A stretch of 64,000 nt of DNA from Sphingomonadales bacterium (GTDB lineage: Bacteria > Pseudomonadota > Alphaproteobacteria > Sphingomonadales > Sphingomonadaceae), in NCBI GenBank assembly GCA_028869175.1, contig JAGWTB010000001.1:2532-66531 (forward strand). The letters are read 5' to 3'. The notes under the pieces are model-generated. The model did no database searches. It had not been told where the DNA came from and saw only the letters and a program-made list of their open reading frames with translations. Below, piece after piece: positions 38,269 to 47,591 of this stretch. Positions within the stretch are counted from its first letter, which is position 1, and the number at the start of each line of letters is the position of its first letter. The position numbers and the translations under genes are program-made.

Positions 38269-39663
38269 ATGCGTATTGCCCTGCTTGCCACCCTCACCGC
38301 CTTGTCGCTCGCACTGCCTGCCGAAGCAAGGCAGGCTGGCTGGCCTCAGGCCGAAGCGCAGGTGCTTGATCTGTCGAAACAGGCCATCGCCATCCGTTCG
38401 GTCCAGGGCAAGGACAACCGCACCGTCGATGTCGCGCGCCTGTTTCGCGGCGCGCTGATCGCCGGCGGCTGGGCCGAGCGGGACACAGACATCGTGCCCA
38501 TGGCCGATACCGCCTATCTCATCGCCACCTGGCCGGGCAGCGATCCCGCGCTCAAGCCACTGGTCGTCTCGGGGCACATGGACGTGGTCGAAGCCAAGCC
38601 GGCTGACTGGCAGCGCGATCCGTTTACCCCGGTGGTCGAAGGCGGCTACCTGTTCGGACGCGGCGCGAGCGACATGAAGTTCGATGGCGCGCTGGCGATC
38701 TCCTCGCTGATCGAACTGCGGCGGCAGGGCTTCCGGCCCCGGCGCACCATCGTCATCGCCTATTCGGGTGACGAGGAGACGACCATGGCCACCTCGCAGG
38801 CCATTGCCGAGCGGCTGGCGAACGCGGAACTGGTCATCAACGTCGATGGCGGCGGCGGCACGCTGGGTGAGCGCGATGGCAAGCCGATGTACTGGACCTG
38901 GCAGGGAGCAGAAAAGACCTATGCCGATTTCCAGCTGGAAGTGACCAACCCCGGCGGTCACAGCTCTGCCCCGCGTCCGGACAATGCCATCGTCCAGCTG
39001 GCAAACGCGCTGGCCAGGATCGGGGCTTACCACTTCACTCCCGAAGTTTCCGACCTGACCCGCGCCTATTTCTCCAAGGCGGCCAATTTCCAGACCGACG
39101 CCAAGACCGCCGCCGCCATGCGCGCCTTCGCCGCCAATCCGGCGGACGAAGCGGCGATTGCCACCCTGCGCGCCGATCCGGCGCAGGTCGGCAAGATCGG
39201 CACCACCTGCGTTGCCACCATGGTGAACGGCGGCCACGCGCTCAACGCCCTGCCGCAGCGCGCCACCGCCAACATCAATTGCCGCATCTTCCCCGGACAC
39301 AAGCCGGCGGACATCATGGCGCAGCTGGCGCAGGTAGCGAACGATCCGGCGGTGAAGTTCACCGATATCACCGAAGGCTCCATCGCCTCGCCGCCCTCGC
39401 CGATGCGGGCAGACTTCATCGGTGCGGTCGAAAAGGCGATGACGCGGGCCTATCCGGGGGTGCCGGTGTTCCCGTCGCAGTCTTCGGGTGCATCGGATTC
39501 GATGTGGTACCGCGCGAAGGGGGTCGCCAGCTATGGTGCCAGCCCGACCTTCATCAAGGATTCGGACGATTTCTCGCACGGGCTCAATGAACGCGTGCCG
39601 CTGTCGAACATTCGCCCCGGCCTCACCTATTACCTGACCCTGTTCACCGACCTGTCGAGGTAG
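38269..39663 (+). CDS. Secreted M20/M25/M40 metallo-hydrolase
   Basis: Signal peptide; GHMDVV, GRGASDMK, GDEE, GGHSS, HGLNER. Confidence 0.93.
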   Translation: MRIALLATLTALSLALPAEARQAGWPQAEAQVLDLSKQAIAIRSVQGKDNRTVDVARLFRGALIAGGWAERDTDIVPMADTAYLIATWPGSDPALKPLVVSGHMDVVEAKPADWQRDPFTPVVEGGYLFGRGASDMKFDGALAISSLIELRRQGFRPRRTIVIAYSGDEETTMATSQAIAERLANAELVINVDGGGGTLGERDGKPMYWTWQGAEKTYADFQLEVTNPGGHSSAPRPDNAIVQLANALARIGAYHFTPEVSDLTRAYFSKAANFQTDAKTAAAMRAFAANPADEAAIATLRADPAQVGKIGTTCVATMVNGGHALNALPQRATANINCRIFPGHKPADIMAQLAQVANDPAVKFTDITEGSIASPPSPMRADFIGAVEKAMTRAYPGVPVFPSQSSGASDSMWYRAKGVASYGASPTFIKDSDDFSHGLNERVPLSNIRPGLTYYLTLFTDLSR

Positions 39664-39964
39664 TTTGCGGAGCGGGCATCACTGCGCCAAAGGCCTAGGC
39701 AATCCGACCACGTTTTTTTATCCCAAGCCGCTATGTGCCGATACGCAGTGAGATCGAACTCAAAATCACTTTCCTACATCGAATGCGTGTGCATAAGTGT
39801 TTTGAACAACAGTGACTCCGCGATGCTCTGACGCAAATCGGCTGCATTTACATTTCTGATGTATTATTTCACATTGAATAAAAATAATACCGAAATACAG
39901 ATCATATTAATCATCGGCGAAAACAAAATGAAACATCACAACTTCCAAATTTTCGTCTGCAAAT

Positions 39965-40003
39965 AAGGGCGGGATATTATTCGTAAAATCTATAGCCCGC
40001 CCT
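39965..40003 (-). terminator. Hairpin downstream of the DUF1508 gene
   Basis: AAGGGCGGG...CCCGCCCTT inverted repeat with AT-rich flanks. Confidence 0.55.
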
Positions 40004-40011
40004 TATATCAC

Positions 40012-40179
40012 TTATTCATATACTGGTGAGGCGCTTGATGCCTTCATGATGTTGATTCCGTGCAGGGCATCTGCCTTGTTGTAATAGCTTTCGCCTGAGT
40101 CAGCGATAGTGCGCCCATTAGAGGAAACATAGCGCCAGCGCCAATTGCCAGCGGTGTCGACGTAGAGTCGGTAATACAT
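40012..40179 (-). CDS. DUF1508 (YegP-like) single-domain protein
   Basis: YVDTAGNWRWR..SSNGRTIADSGESY.NKADALHGI. Confidence 0.85.
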   Translation of the reverse strand: MYYRLYVDTAGNWRWRYVSSNGRTIADSGESYYNKADALHGINIMKASSASPVYE

Positions 40180-40192
40180 TGGAGAAAATCCT

Positions 40193-40414
40193 TTGGAAAA
40201 GTTCAAAACGTACTTGGTGAGCTACCGCCATGACGGTGCGCAGTGGAACATCGAGCTTCCGGCCACGTCCTTCTCGGACGCAGAAAAGCGCCTCAGCCAA
40301 CTACATTTTGGCAGAGTCGATGGCGAGTTGATCGCCAATATCCCGAGATCGATGGGGCCAATCGCAATACTCGCGGCGCGCATCAGAAATCTGATGAAGG
40401 CCGAGAGTCGGTAG
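40193..40414 (+). CDS. Small hypothetical protein
   Basis: 73-aa ORF, TTG start after GGAGA; protein-like sequence YLVSYRHDGAQWNIELPATSFSDAEKRL. Confidence 0.6.
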   Translation: MEKFKTYLVSYRHDGAQWNIELPATSFSDAEKRLSQLHFGRVDGELIANIPRSMGPIAILAARIRNLMKAESR

Positions 40415-40878
40415 TGCCGCCTATCTGGAATGGCTGTATTCCGCGATTCTCCTTCGAGCTTTAAAGCCCGAAGGGTCTTGACCGCGTCACGAACAAAGCT
40501 TAGAACTCTCTCGTGATCACGACCAACGACGCCTTCGGGCAGCGTTGTTTTTCCAAAATGGGCCGGTGGAGATGGGTTCTCCTCCGGCCCAAATTGTTTG
40601 TATCACAACTACGCAGAAAAGCAAGGTTAACGAAGCGTTGCCGAACGGCATGGCGAAAAATTGTTCATGCTTTGGCCCGCGAGGCGCGGATTATCGCGGG
40701 ACATAACAATTGCCTTATGTTGTGGATTTTGGCACTTGCAGGGCAAGACTGCCAAAAAATTGCCTGCGAGTGGATGATGGCCATTAGCCTATCCATTAGA
40801 AGCAATTGCATGTCAGCGACTGGGTTTAGGTGCAAAAAGGGGTGAACAGCGGTTCGCTTCATGCGTTGCGGATCGAAA

Positions 40879-41478
40879 CTAGCCTTCGACAAGCCTATCC
40901 AAAAATTGCCTAGCCATCGCGCCTGCCTCGTCCGGGGTGAAGCAGCCGGGCGAGAGGCATAGTTCGAGCCACAAGCCATCGACCAGCGCCGTAACCGCGA
41001 TGGCGGCGTGGCGCAGGCGCGGGCGGGGCAGGCCGCAATCGTGCAGCAGCCGGGCGAGCCGTTCGCGAAAGGCGAAATACTGCCCGTCGTGCTGCGCCGC
41101 CATGCCGGGCAGGGTGCGCACCAGGCTCCAGAAGGCGATCCACGTCGCCAGCAGTTCGGCATCGGCGATTGGTGCGGCGAAGCTGGCGGTGACGAAGGCG
41201 TCCAGTCGTGCGCGCGGTTCGGGCGCGGCGGCGGCGACGGCGGCTTCCAGCGCCGCCTCCACCCGCGCGCCGACGTGGGCGTAGGTCGCCGCGATCAGAT
41301 CGTCGAGCGCGGGGAAGTAGTGCCCGATCAGTCCCGGCGAGACGCCGGCCTCCACCGCAATGGTCCGCACGCTTGCCCCGGCCGCCCCCTCGCGCGCCAG
41401 CACGCGCGCGCAGGCGCCGATCAGGCTCTGGCGGCGCGCATCGGGATCGGCGCGGCGGAAGGCGGGCTGACTGGTCAC
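40879..41478 (-). CDS. TetR-family regulator, BetI-like (TetR_C_6)
   Basis: RRQSLI.A...LAREG...SVR.IA.EAGVSPGLI.HYF; WIAFW; ALVDGLWL. Confidence 0.9.
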   Translation of the reverse strand: MTSQPAFRRADPDARRQSLIGACARVLAREGAAGASVRTIAVEAGVSPGLIGHYFPALDDLIAATYAHVGARVEAALEAAVAAAAPEPRARLDAFVTASFAAPIADAELLATWIAFWSLVRTLPGMAAQHDGQYFAFRERLARLLHDCGLPRPRLRHAAIAVTALVDGLWLELCLSPGCFTPDEAGAMARQFLDRLVEG

Positions 41479-41536
41479 TTGGCAAGGCCTATCACTTGTT
41501 GTACGATCGTCCAACAAGCAATCGCGGAATCGCCCC

Positions 41537-42736
41537 ATGACCTCGCTGCATCACGCCTTCCAGAGCATCGACGGAGCCGAGGTTGATCCCGATGCCGACT
41601 GGTCCCTGCCCGGCTGGATCTATACCGATCGCGAATATTTTGCCGTGGAGATGGACCGGATCATCCGTCCCTCGTGGCAGATCGTCTGCCATGAAAGCGA
41701 CATTCCCTCACCGGGCGATTACCGCACGCTGGACTATCTGGGCGAAAGCGTGATCGCCGTACGCGGCGAGGACGGGCAGGTGCGCGCCTTCGCCAATGTC
41801 TGCCGCCACCGGGCGATGCGCCTGGTCGAGGGTCCGGCAGGCTGTGCGAAAAAGTTCGTCTGCCCCTATCACGCCTGGGTGTTCGAAAACGACGGACGGC
41901 TTTCGGGCGTACCGATGAAGGCGGACTATCCGGCGTTGCGGCTGTCGGAAAACGGCCTTTCGCCAGTGTCGGTCGAGATCTGGCGCGGCTTTGTCTTCGT
42001 CCGGCTGGTCGATGCCGGCTATCCCTCCGTCGCGGCGATGATGGCCCCGTTCGAGGAAGAGATCGCGCCCTACCGCTTCGAGGAGATGCGCCGGATCGGC
42101 GATGTCCGCACCCGGCCCCGTGCGGTCAACTGGAAGAACGTGGGCGACAACTATTCGGACAACCTGCACATCCCGGTCAGCCATGACGGCCTGACCCGCC
42201 TGCTGGGCAAGACCTACCGGATCGAGGCGCACGGCTGGGCCGACCGGCTTTATGGCGACGTGGTGCCGGGCGATGGTCAGAATTTCTGGGAAAAGTTCTA
42301 CCGCAAGCACCTGCCGCGCGTGGATCACCTGCCCGACGCGGCGCAGGGGCGTTGGCTCTATTACAAGCTGTGGCCGAACATCGCCTTTGACATCTACGCC
42401 GATCAGATCGACTTCATGCAGTGGCTGCCCACGTCGCCCACGACCTGCGAACTGCGCGAGATGTGCTTCACCCTGCCTGATACATACACCCCTGCGGGCA
42501 AGCAGCGCGAAATGAAGCTGGCGCGCTATGCCAACTGGCGGATCAACCGGGTGGTCAACAAGGAAGACACCTGGCTGATCGAGCGGGTGCAGCAGGGCAT
42601 GGCCTCCAAAAGCTACGCCGTTGGCCCGCTGGCGCAAAGCGAGGTCTGCCTGCGCAGCTTCGCCCGCAAGATCCGCGCGATCATTCCCGAAGCCCGGCAG
42701 CCGAGACCGCCGGCGGCGGGGTGGAGCAGGGGGTGA
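41537..42736 (+). CDS. Rieske non-heme iron oxygenase alpha subunit (choline/betaine/carnitine/stachydrine-type group)
   Basis: NVCRHR...CPYHAW Rieske site; WKNVGDNYSDNLHIPVSH and NKED mononuclear iron motifs; VQQGMAS. Confidence 0.92.
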   Translation: MTSLHHAFQSIDGAEVDPDADWSLPGWIYTDREYFAVEMDRIIRPSWQIVCHESDIPSPGDYRTLDYLGESVIAVRGEDGQVRAFANVCRHRAMRLVEGPAGCAKKFVCPYHAWVFENDGRLSGVPMKADYPALRLSENGLSPVSVEIWRGFVFVRLVDAGYPSVAAMMAPFEEEIAPYRFEEMRRIGDVRTRPRAVNWKNVGDNYSDNLHIPVSHDGLTRLLGKTYRIEAHGWADRLYGDVVPGDGQNFWEKFYRKHLPRVDHLPDAAQGRWLYYKLWPNIAFDIYADQIDFMQWLPTSPTTCELREMCFTLPDTYTPAGKQREMKLARYANWRINRVVNKEDTWLIERVQQGMASKSYAVGPLAQSEVCLRSFARKIRAIIPEARQPRPPAAGWSRG

Positions 42737-42748
42737 TGGCCGCCAATC

Positions 42749-42852
42749 TCCCTCCTCTTCAGGGGAGGGGCCGGGGGTGGGGTCTGTCCTCCATCGCCAT
42801 CGCATCGCGTGGGGACAATCCCCACCCCAACCCCTCCCCTGAAGGGGAGGGG
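42749..42852. repeat. Palindromic intergenic element, same family as 34663-34808
   Basis: CCCTCCTCTTCAGGGGAGGGG ... CCCCTCCCCTGAAGGGGAGGGG with GGGGTGGGG/CCCCACCCC inner arms. Confidence 0.85.
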
Positions 42853-42873
42853 CTTGAAACCTGGGGAGCTAAT

Positions 42874-44475
42874 ATGACCAAGACCTACGACGCACTGATC
42901 ATCGGCGGCGGGCACAACGGCCTGACCTGCGCTTTCTACCTCGCCCGTTCGGGCCTCAAGGTGCGCGTGCTCGAACGCCGGCACGTGGTTGGCGGCGCGG
43001 CGGTGACCGAGGAATTCCATCCCGGCTTCCGCAATTCCACCGCCAGCTACACGGTCAGCCTGCTGCGCCCCAAGGTGATCGCCGACATGAAGCTGCACGA
43101 CCACGGCTACCGGGTGATCGAACGGACGATCAGCAACTTCTTCCCCTTCCCCGATACCTACCTCAAGCTGGGTGGCGGGCCGGGGCGGACCGAGGCAGAA
43201 TTCGCCCGCTTCTCGAAAAAGGATGCCGAGGCCTATCCGAAGTACGATGCGGCGCTGGAAAAGGTCGCCCAGGTTCTGCGCGACATTTCCCTGCAATGCC
43301 CGCCCAACGTTGGTGGCGGCATGGGTTCGCTGCTGTCGGCCGCCAAGCAGGGTTGGCCGCTGGCGAAAATGGACCTCGCCGCGCAGCGCGACCTGCTCGA
43401 CATCTTCACCAAGTCCGCCCGCGATTTCCTCGACGGCTGGTTCGAGGACGATCACGTCAAGTCAGCCTTCGCTTTCGATGCGGTGGTGGGCAACTATGCC
43501 GGGGTTTCCACCCCCGGTTCGGCCTATGTCCTGCTGCACCACGTGTTCGGCGAGGTGAATGGCAAGCTGGGCGCGTGGGGCCACGCAGTGGGCGGCATGG
43601 GGGCGATCACCCAGGCCATGGCGCGGGCGTGCCAGTTGCAGGGGGTGGAGATCAGCCTCGAATCCCCGGTCAAGCGCGTGCTGGTCGATGGCGGAAAGGC
43701 CGTGGGCGTCGAGCTGGAAAGCGGCGAGGAACTGGCCGCGCCGATCATTGCCGCCAACGTCGGCCCGGCGCTGCTCTATCGCCAGATGGTCGATGCCAGC
43801 GATCTGGACGAGGATTTCCGCCGCCGGATGAAGACCTACAAGACCGGTTCGGGCACCTTCCGGATGAACGTGGCGCTGTCCGAGCTGCCCGATTTCACCG
43901 TTCTTCCCGGCAAGGCGCAGGCCGAGCACCACACCGCCGGGATTATCATCGCCCCGGGCATGGACTACATGGATCAGGCCTTCATCGATGCGCAGCAGCA
44001 CGGCTGGTCAAAGAAGCCGATCGTCGAGATCAAGATTCCCTCGACGGTGGACGACAGCCTTGCCCCGCCCGGGCAGCACGTCGCTTCGCTGTTTTGCCAA
44101 CAGTTCGACAAGACGGTCGACTGGGATGCACACCGCGAGGAAGTGGCCGACCTGATCATCGATACGGTTACCGACCACGCCCCCAACTTCAAGGGTGCGG
44201 TCATCGCCCTGCAGATCCACTCGCCGCTCGACCTCGAGCGCAAGTTCGGCCTGATCGGCGGCGACATCTTCCACGGCACCATGGGGCTGGACCAGCTCTG
44301 GGCGGCGCGCCCGGTGCTGGGACATGGCGACTATCGCAGCCCCATAAAGGGCCTCTACATGTGCGGTTCGGGCACCCACCCTGGCGGCGGCGTCACCGGT
44401 GCGCCGGGGCACAATGCGGCCTACGAGATATTGAAGGACCGCTCGGCGCTGGGGCGGTTGCTGCGGCGCAAATGA
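42874..44475 (+). CDS. FAD-dependent oxidoreductase, phytoene dehydrogenase-like (PYROXD2-like)
   Basis: IIGGGHNGL, GGAAVTEEFHPGF, AYVLLHHVFGE, GGMGAIT, GGDIFHG, GSGTHPGGGVTGAPG.N. Alternative in-frame ATG at 42736. Confidence 0.92.
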   Translation: MTKTYDALIIGGGHNGLTCAFYLARSGLKVRVLERRHVVGGAAVTEEFHPGFRNSTASYTVSLLRPKVIADMKLHDHGYRVIERTISNFFPFPDTYLKLGGGPGRTEAEFARFSKKDAEAYPKYDAALEKVAQVLRDISLQCPPNVGGGMGSLLSAAKQGWPLAKMDLAAQRDLLDIFTKSARDFLDGWFEDDHVKSAFAFDAVVGNYAGVSTPGSAYVLLHHVFGEVNGKLGAWGHAVGGMGAITQAMARACQLQGVEISLESPVKRVLVDGGKAVGVELESGEELAAPIIAANVGPALLYRQMVDASDLDEDFRRRMKTYKTGSGTFRMNVALSELPDFTVLPGKAQAEHHTAGIIIAPGMDYMDQAFIDAQQHGWSKKPIVEIKIPSTVDDSLAPPGQHVASLFCQQFDKTVDWDAHREEVADLIIDTVTDHAPNFKGAVIALQIHSPLDLERKFGLIGGDIFHGTMGLDQLWAARPVLGHGDYRSPIKGLYMCGSGTHPGGGVTGAPGHNAAYEILKDRSALGRLLRRK

Positions 44476-44494
44476 GGCCTGGTCATCGCGTGGG

Positions 44495-44525
44495 CTTCGA
44501 CAGGCTCAGCCTGCGCTTGTCGAAG
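44495..44525. terminator. Hairpin between convergent genes, resembling the CTTCGACAGGCTCAG repeat family
   Basis: CTTCGACAGGCTCAG-c-CTGCGCTTGTCGAAG imperfect inverted repeat. Confidence 0.55.
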
Positions 44526-44533
44526 ACCGCGCG

Positions 44534-45805
44534 CTACCTGCGCCGCACCCACCAGTATACCGGCAGTCCCGCGACCACCAGCACCGCGCCGTAGGCCAGT
44601 GCCTGCGGCCCCAGCCCCCAGGACGCCCACAGGGTGAACGCCGCCGCGCCCAGAGCGACGGCGGCGAAGGGCAGGTCATCGGGTTGCAGGCGCACCGCCG
44701 CCAATGCGCTCATCAGGTAGGACAGCATCCCTGCTGCAAGGCTGACCGAGGCGATGAAGGCGAACAGGTCCCCCATGCCCTTCTGGTAGTTCAGCAGGGC
44801 CACCACGGTCAGCAGCACGCTGGAAAGAACATGGGCGCGGGCCGGGGTGCCGCGCGAACCGTCAACCCCTAGCCAGGCGGGAAACACGCCGCCGCGCGCC
44901 ATCGCCCGGGGCACTTCGCCCTGCAGCAGGATGAAACCGTTGAGCGTGCCGAAGGCGCTGATCGCGGCGAACAGCGCCACGGCTCCCGCAATCCCCGCGC
45001 CGAAATATTTGCCCAGCAGCGCGGCGACCGGCGCAGGCGATGCGGCGGCCTCGGCCATTGGCATGTAAAGGGCAAAGGCCAGCGATATGCCCAGATAGAC
45101 CAGGCCCGAAAGCACCACCCCGATCAGGGTCGCGCGCGGCACGGTGCGGCGGGGATCATCCACCTTGTCCGCCGGCACAGTCGCCGATTCAAGGCCAAGG
45201 AACCCCCAGAAGGTAAGCCCGGCGGCATTGGCAATCGCGTGGCCGGTCAGTGGCACGCCGGGATCGGGCGCGCGCGGTGCGCCGCTGGCGAACAGCCACA
45301 GCGCCAGGGCGATCAGCAGCACCAGCGGCAACAGCTTGAGCAGCGTGGTCACCTGTTGCACCCGGCTTGCCTCGCGCACCCCGATGATGTTGACCAGCGT
45401 CAACAGCCACACGCAGCCGACCACCAGCAGCGCCGGCAGTCCCTGGGTCTTGCCGATTGCCGGGAAGATCAGGCTGACATTGCTCACCACCGCCACGGCA
45501 ATCGCCCCGTTGCCCGCCCAGATCATCACCCAGTAGGACCAGGCCGTGGCAAAACCCGCCAGCGGCCCGAAGGCTTCGTGCGCATAGGCATAGGGCCCGC
45601 CCGCCAGCGGCAGTCTGGCTCCCAGCCGGGCAAAGACCAGCCCCAGTGCCAGGGCACCGGCGATGGTCACCAGCCAGCCGAGCATCTGGTTCCACCCCAG
45701 CGGTGCCAGCGTTGCGGGCAGCAGATAGATGCCCGATCCGATCATGTTGCCGACAACCAGCGCCAGCACCGCCCAGAAGCCAATGGTGCGCGCCGTTTGC
45801 GTCAA
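44534..45805 (-). CDS. APC-family amino acid permease (AdiC/PotE-like)
   Basis: GNMIGSGIYLLP, GGPYAY, WGFLGLES, P.RTVPRA; about 12 TMs. Confidence 0.93.
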   Translation of the reverse strand: MTQTARTIGFWAVLALVVGNMIGSGIYLLPATLAPLGWNQMLGWLVTIAGALALGLVFARLGARLPLAGGPYAYAHEAFGPLAGFATAWSYWVMIWAGNGAIAVAVVSNVSLIFPAIGKTQGLPALLVVGCVWLLTLVNIIGVREASRVQQVTTLLKLLPLVLLIALALWLFASGAPRAPDPGVPLTGHAIANAAGLTFWGFLGLESATVPADKVDDPRRTVPRATLIGVVLSGLVYLGISLAFALYMPMAEAAASPAPVAALLGKYFGAGIAGAVALFAAISAFGTLNGFILLQGEVPRAMARGGVFPAWLGVDGSRGTPARAHVLSSVLLTVVALLNYQKGMGDLFAFIASVSLAAGMLSYLMSALAAVRLQPDDLPFAAVALGAAAFTLWASWGLGPQALAYGAVLVVAGLPVYWWVRRR

Positions 45806-45877
45806 AATGCTTCTCCCGCAGGTGGTAAGGCCAGACTATCGCTTGATCGCGCCGCGTCACCATGTTTCTTGCGCGCG

Positions 45878-47479
45878 ATGGCAAGCGTGACAACTCCGGT
45901 CCGACAGGGACGCTACCACCCCCGGCTGGTCGAGGCGGCGCTGGCGATGAACGCCAATGACCTGCCGGTGGCCGAACCGCTGCTTCGCGCGCACCTGAAA
46001 GAGGATCCGTTCGACGTCCACGCCATCCGCATGTTCGCCGAACTGGCGGGACGAATCGGGCGCTACCGTGACGCTGAAAACCTGCTGCGCCGCGCGCTGG
46101 AACTGGCCCCCGCCTTCACCATGGCCCGTGCCAATCTGGCGCTGGTACTCTACCGCCAGAACCGGCCCGAGGAAGCCATCGCCGAACTGGGGCAGGTTTT
46201 CGCCGAAGACCCGGACAACCCCGGTCACGCCAACCTTGCCGCCGCCGCCTTCGGCAAGATCGGCGAGTTTGAGGAGGCCATTGCGCTCTACGAACGGGTC
46301 TTGCAGGATGCGCCCGGTCAGCCGCGCGTGTGGATGAGCTTTGGCCATATGCTCAAGACCGTCGGCCGGCAGGCTGACGGGATCGCTGCCTATCGCCGCG
46401 CCATCGATCTGATGCCGCAGCTCGGCGAAGCCTGGTGGAGCCTCGCCAACCTCAAGACCGTCCGCTTCGACGAGGCCGACATGGCGGCGATGCGCGCGCA
46501 GCTTGCCCGGCAGGACATCGCGCCCGAAGATCGCTTTCACCTCGATTTTGCGCTGGGCAAGGCGCTGGAGGACCGGGGCGAGGCCCCGGCAGCTTTCGCG
46601 CACTACGCCAGCGGCAATGCCCTGCGGCGTGAAAGCCTTGACTACGATGCTGACGAGATGACCGCCTTTGTCGACAGGATGATCGCCATCTGCACCCCGG
46701 CGTTCTTTGCTGACCGGCTGGGGCAGGGCTGCGATGCGCCTGATCCGATCTTCATCCTGGGCATGCCGCGGGCTGGATCGACGCTGGTCGAACAGATCCT
46801 CTCCAGCCACAGCGCGGTCGAAGGCACCAGCGAACTGCCTGACATTCCCGCCATGGCGCGCGGCGAGCCCGGCTACCCCGAGGCCATGGCCCAGTTCACG
46901 CCCGGGCGCTGGCGTGAACTGGGTGAAGACTATCTCCATCGCACCCGTGTACAGCGCAAGACCGAGCGCACGCGGTTCATCGACAAGCTGCCGAACAACT
47001 GGCTGCACACCGCCTTCATCCGGCTGGCCCTGCCGAACGCGAAAATCATCGACGCGCGCCGCCACCCGCTCGGCTGCTGCTTCTCCAACTTCAAGCAGCA
47101 CTTCGCCAAGGGGCAGGCGTTCTCCTACTCGCTCGAAGACATGGGCCGCTATTACCGTGACTATGTCCGGCTGATGGACCATCTTGATGCCGTCATGCCG
47201 GGGCAGGTCCACCGCGTGCAGTACGAGCGCATGGTTGACGACACCGAAGCCGAGGTGCGCGCCCTGCTCGCCTTCTGCGACCTGCCGTTCGAGCCGGCCT
47301 GCCTGGCCTTCCACCAGACGGAGCGCGCCGTGCGGACCGCCAGTTCGGAACAGGTGCGCCAGCCGATCTACCGCGAAGGGACCGAGGGCTGGAAACAGTT
47401 CGAACCGTTCCTCGGCCCGCTCAAGGCCGCGCTCGGTGCCGAGCTGTCGGGCGAAGCTGGCGCGGCCAAAGCGTTGTAA
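45878..47479 (+). CDS. TPR-containing sulfotransferase-family protein
   Basis: N-terminal TPRs; PIFILGMPRAGSTLVEQILSSH, IDKLPNN, RRHP, YE, VRTAS.EQVRQPIY. Confidence 0.93.
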   Translation: MASVTTPVRQGRYHPRLVEAALAMNANDLPVAEPLLRAHLKEDPFDVHAIRMFAELAGRIGRYRDAENLLRRALELAPAFTMARANLALVLYRQNRPEEAIAELGQVFAEDPDNPGHANLAAAAFGKIGEFEEAIALYERVLQDAPGQPRVWMSFGHMLKTVGRQADGIAAYRRAIDLMPQLGEAWWSLANLKTVRFDEADMAAMRAQLARQDIAPEDRFHLDFALGKALEDRGEAPAAFAHYASGNALRRESLDYDADEMTAFVDRMIAICTPAFFADRLGQGCDAPDPIFILGMPRAGSTLVEQILSSHSAVEGTSELPDIPAMARGEPGYPEAMAQFTPGRWRELGEDYLHRTRVQRKTERTRFIDKLPNNWLHTAFIRLALPNAKIIDARRHPLGCCFSNFKQHFAKGQAFSYSLEDMGRYYRDYVRLMDHLDAVMPGQVHRVQYERMVDDTEAEVRALLAFCDLPFEPACLAFHQTERAVRTASSEQVRQPIYREGTEGWKQFEPFLGPLKAALGAELSGEAGAAKAL

Positions 47480-47591
47480 TTCTGCCACGCTGCTGCAACG
47501 TTCCGACCAGGGGCGGCTGCTTGTGCTTGACGCTTCGCACCTGCGGTATGAGTTTCAATCTGCAATGCTCAGAAAGATAACGGGGTTCCCC

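Larger units (their letters stand above)
39664..40878. other. AT-rich islet between convergent core genes
   Basis: Abrupt composition change (e.g. TGTATTATTTCACATTGAATAAAAATAATAC); contains two small ORFs. Confidence 0.7.

Noticed and set aside
38107-39579. Apparent 490-aa N-terminal extension of zwf in the ORF track
   Set aside because: It is the antisense of the M20 hydrolase gene; zwf homology begins at MSFTADR (38106).
40513-40845. 110-aa ORF in the AT-rich islet
   Set aside because: No clear SD or recognisable motifs; the Cys/Trp/Arg-rich composition looks non-coding.
42874-44475. Carotenoid biosynthesis crtI/crtO
   Set aside because: No crt genes nearby; the motifs and context fit the PYROXD2-like subgroup.
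45239-45877. Long N-terminal extensions of the sulfotransferase, TonB receptor (47184), cytochrome c (60266) and membrane protein (13809)
   Set aside because: They overlap other genes; downstream starts fit the domain boundaries and signal peptides.
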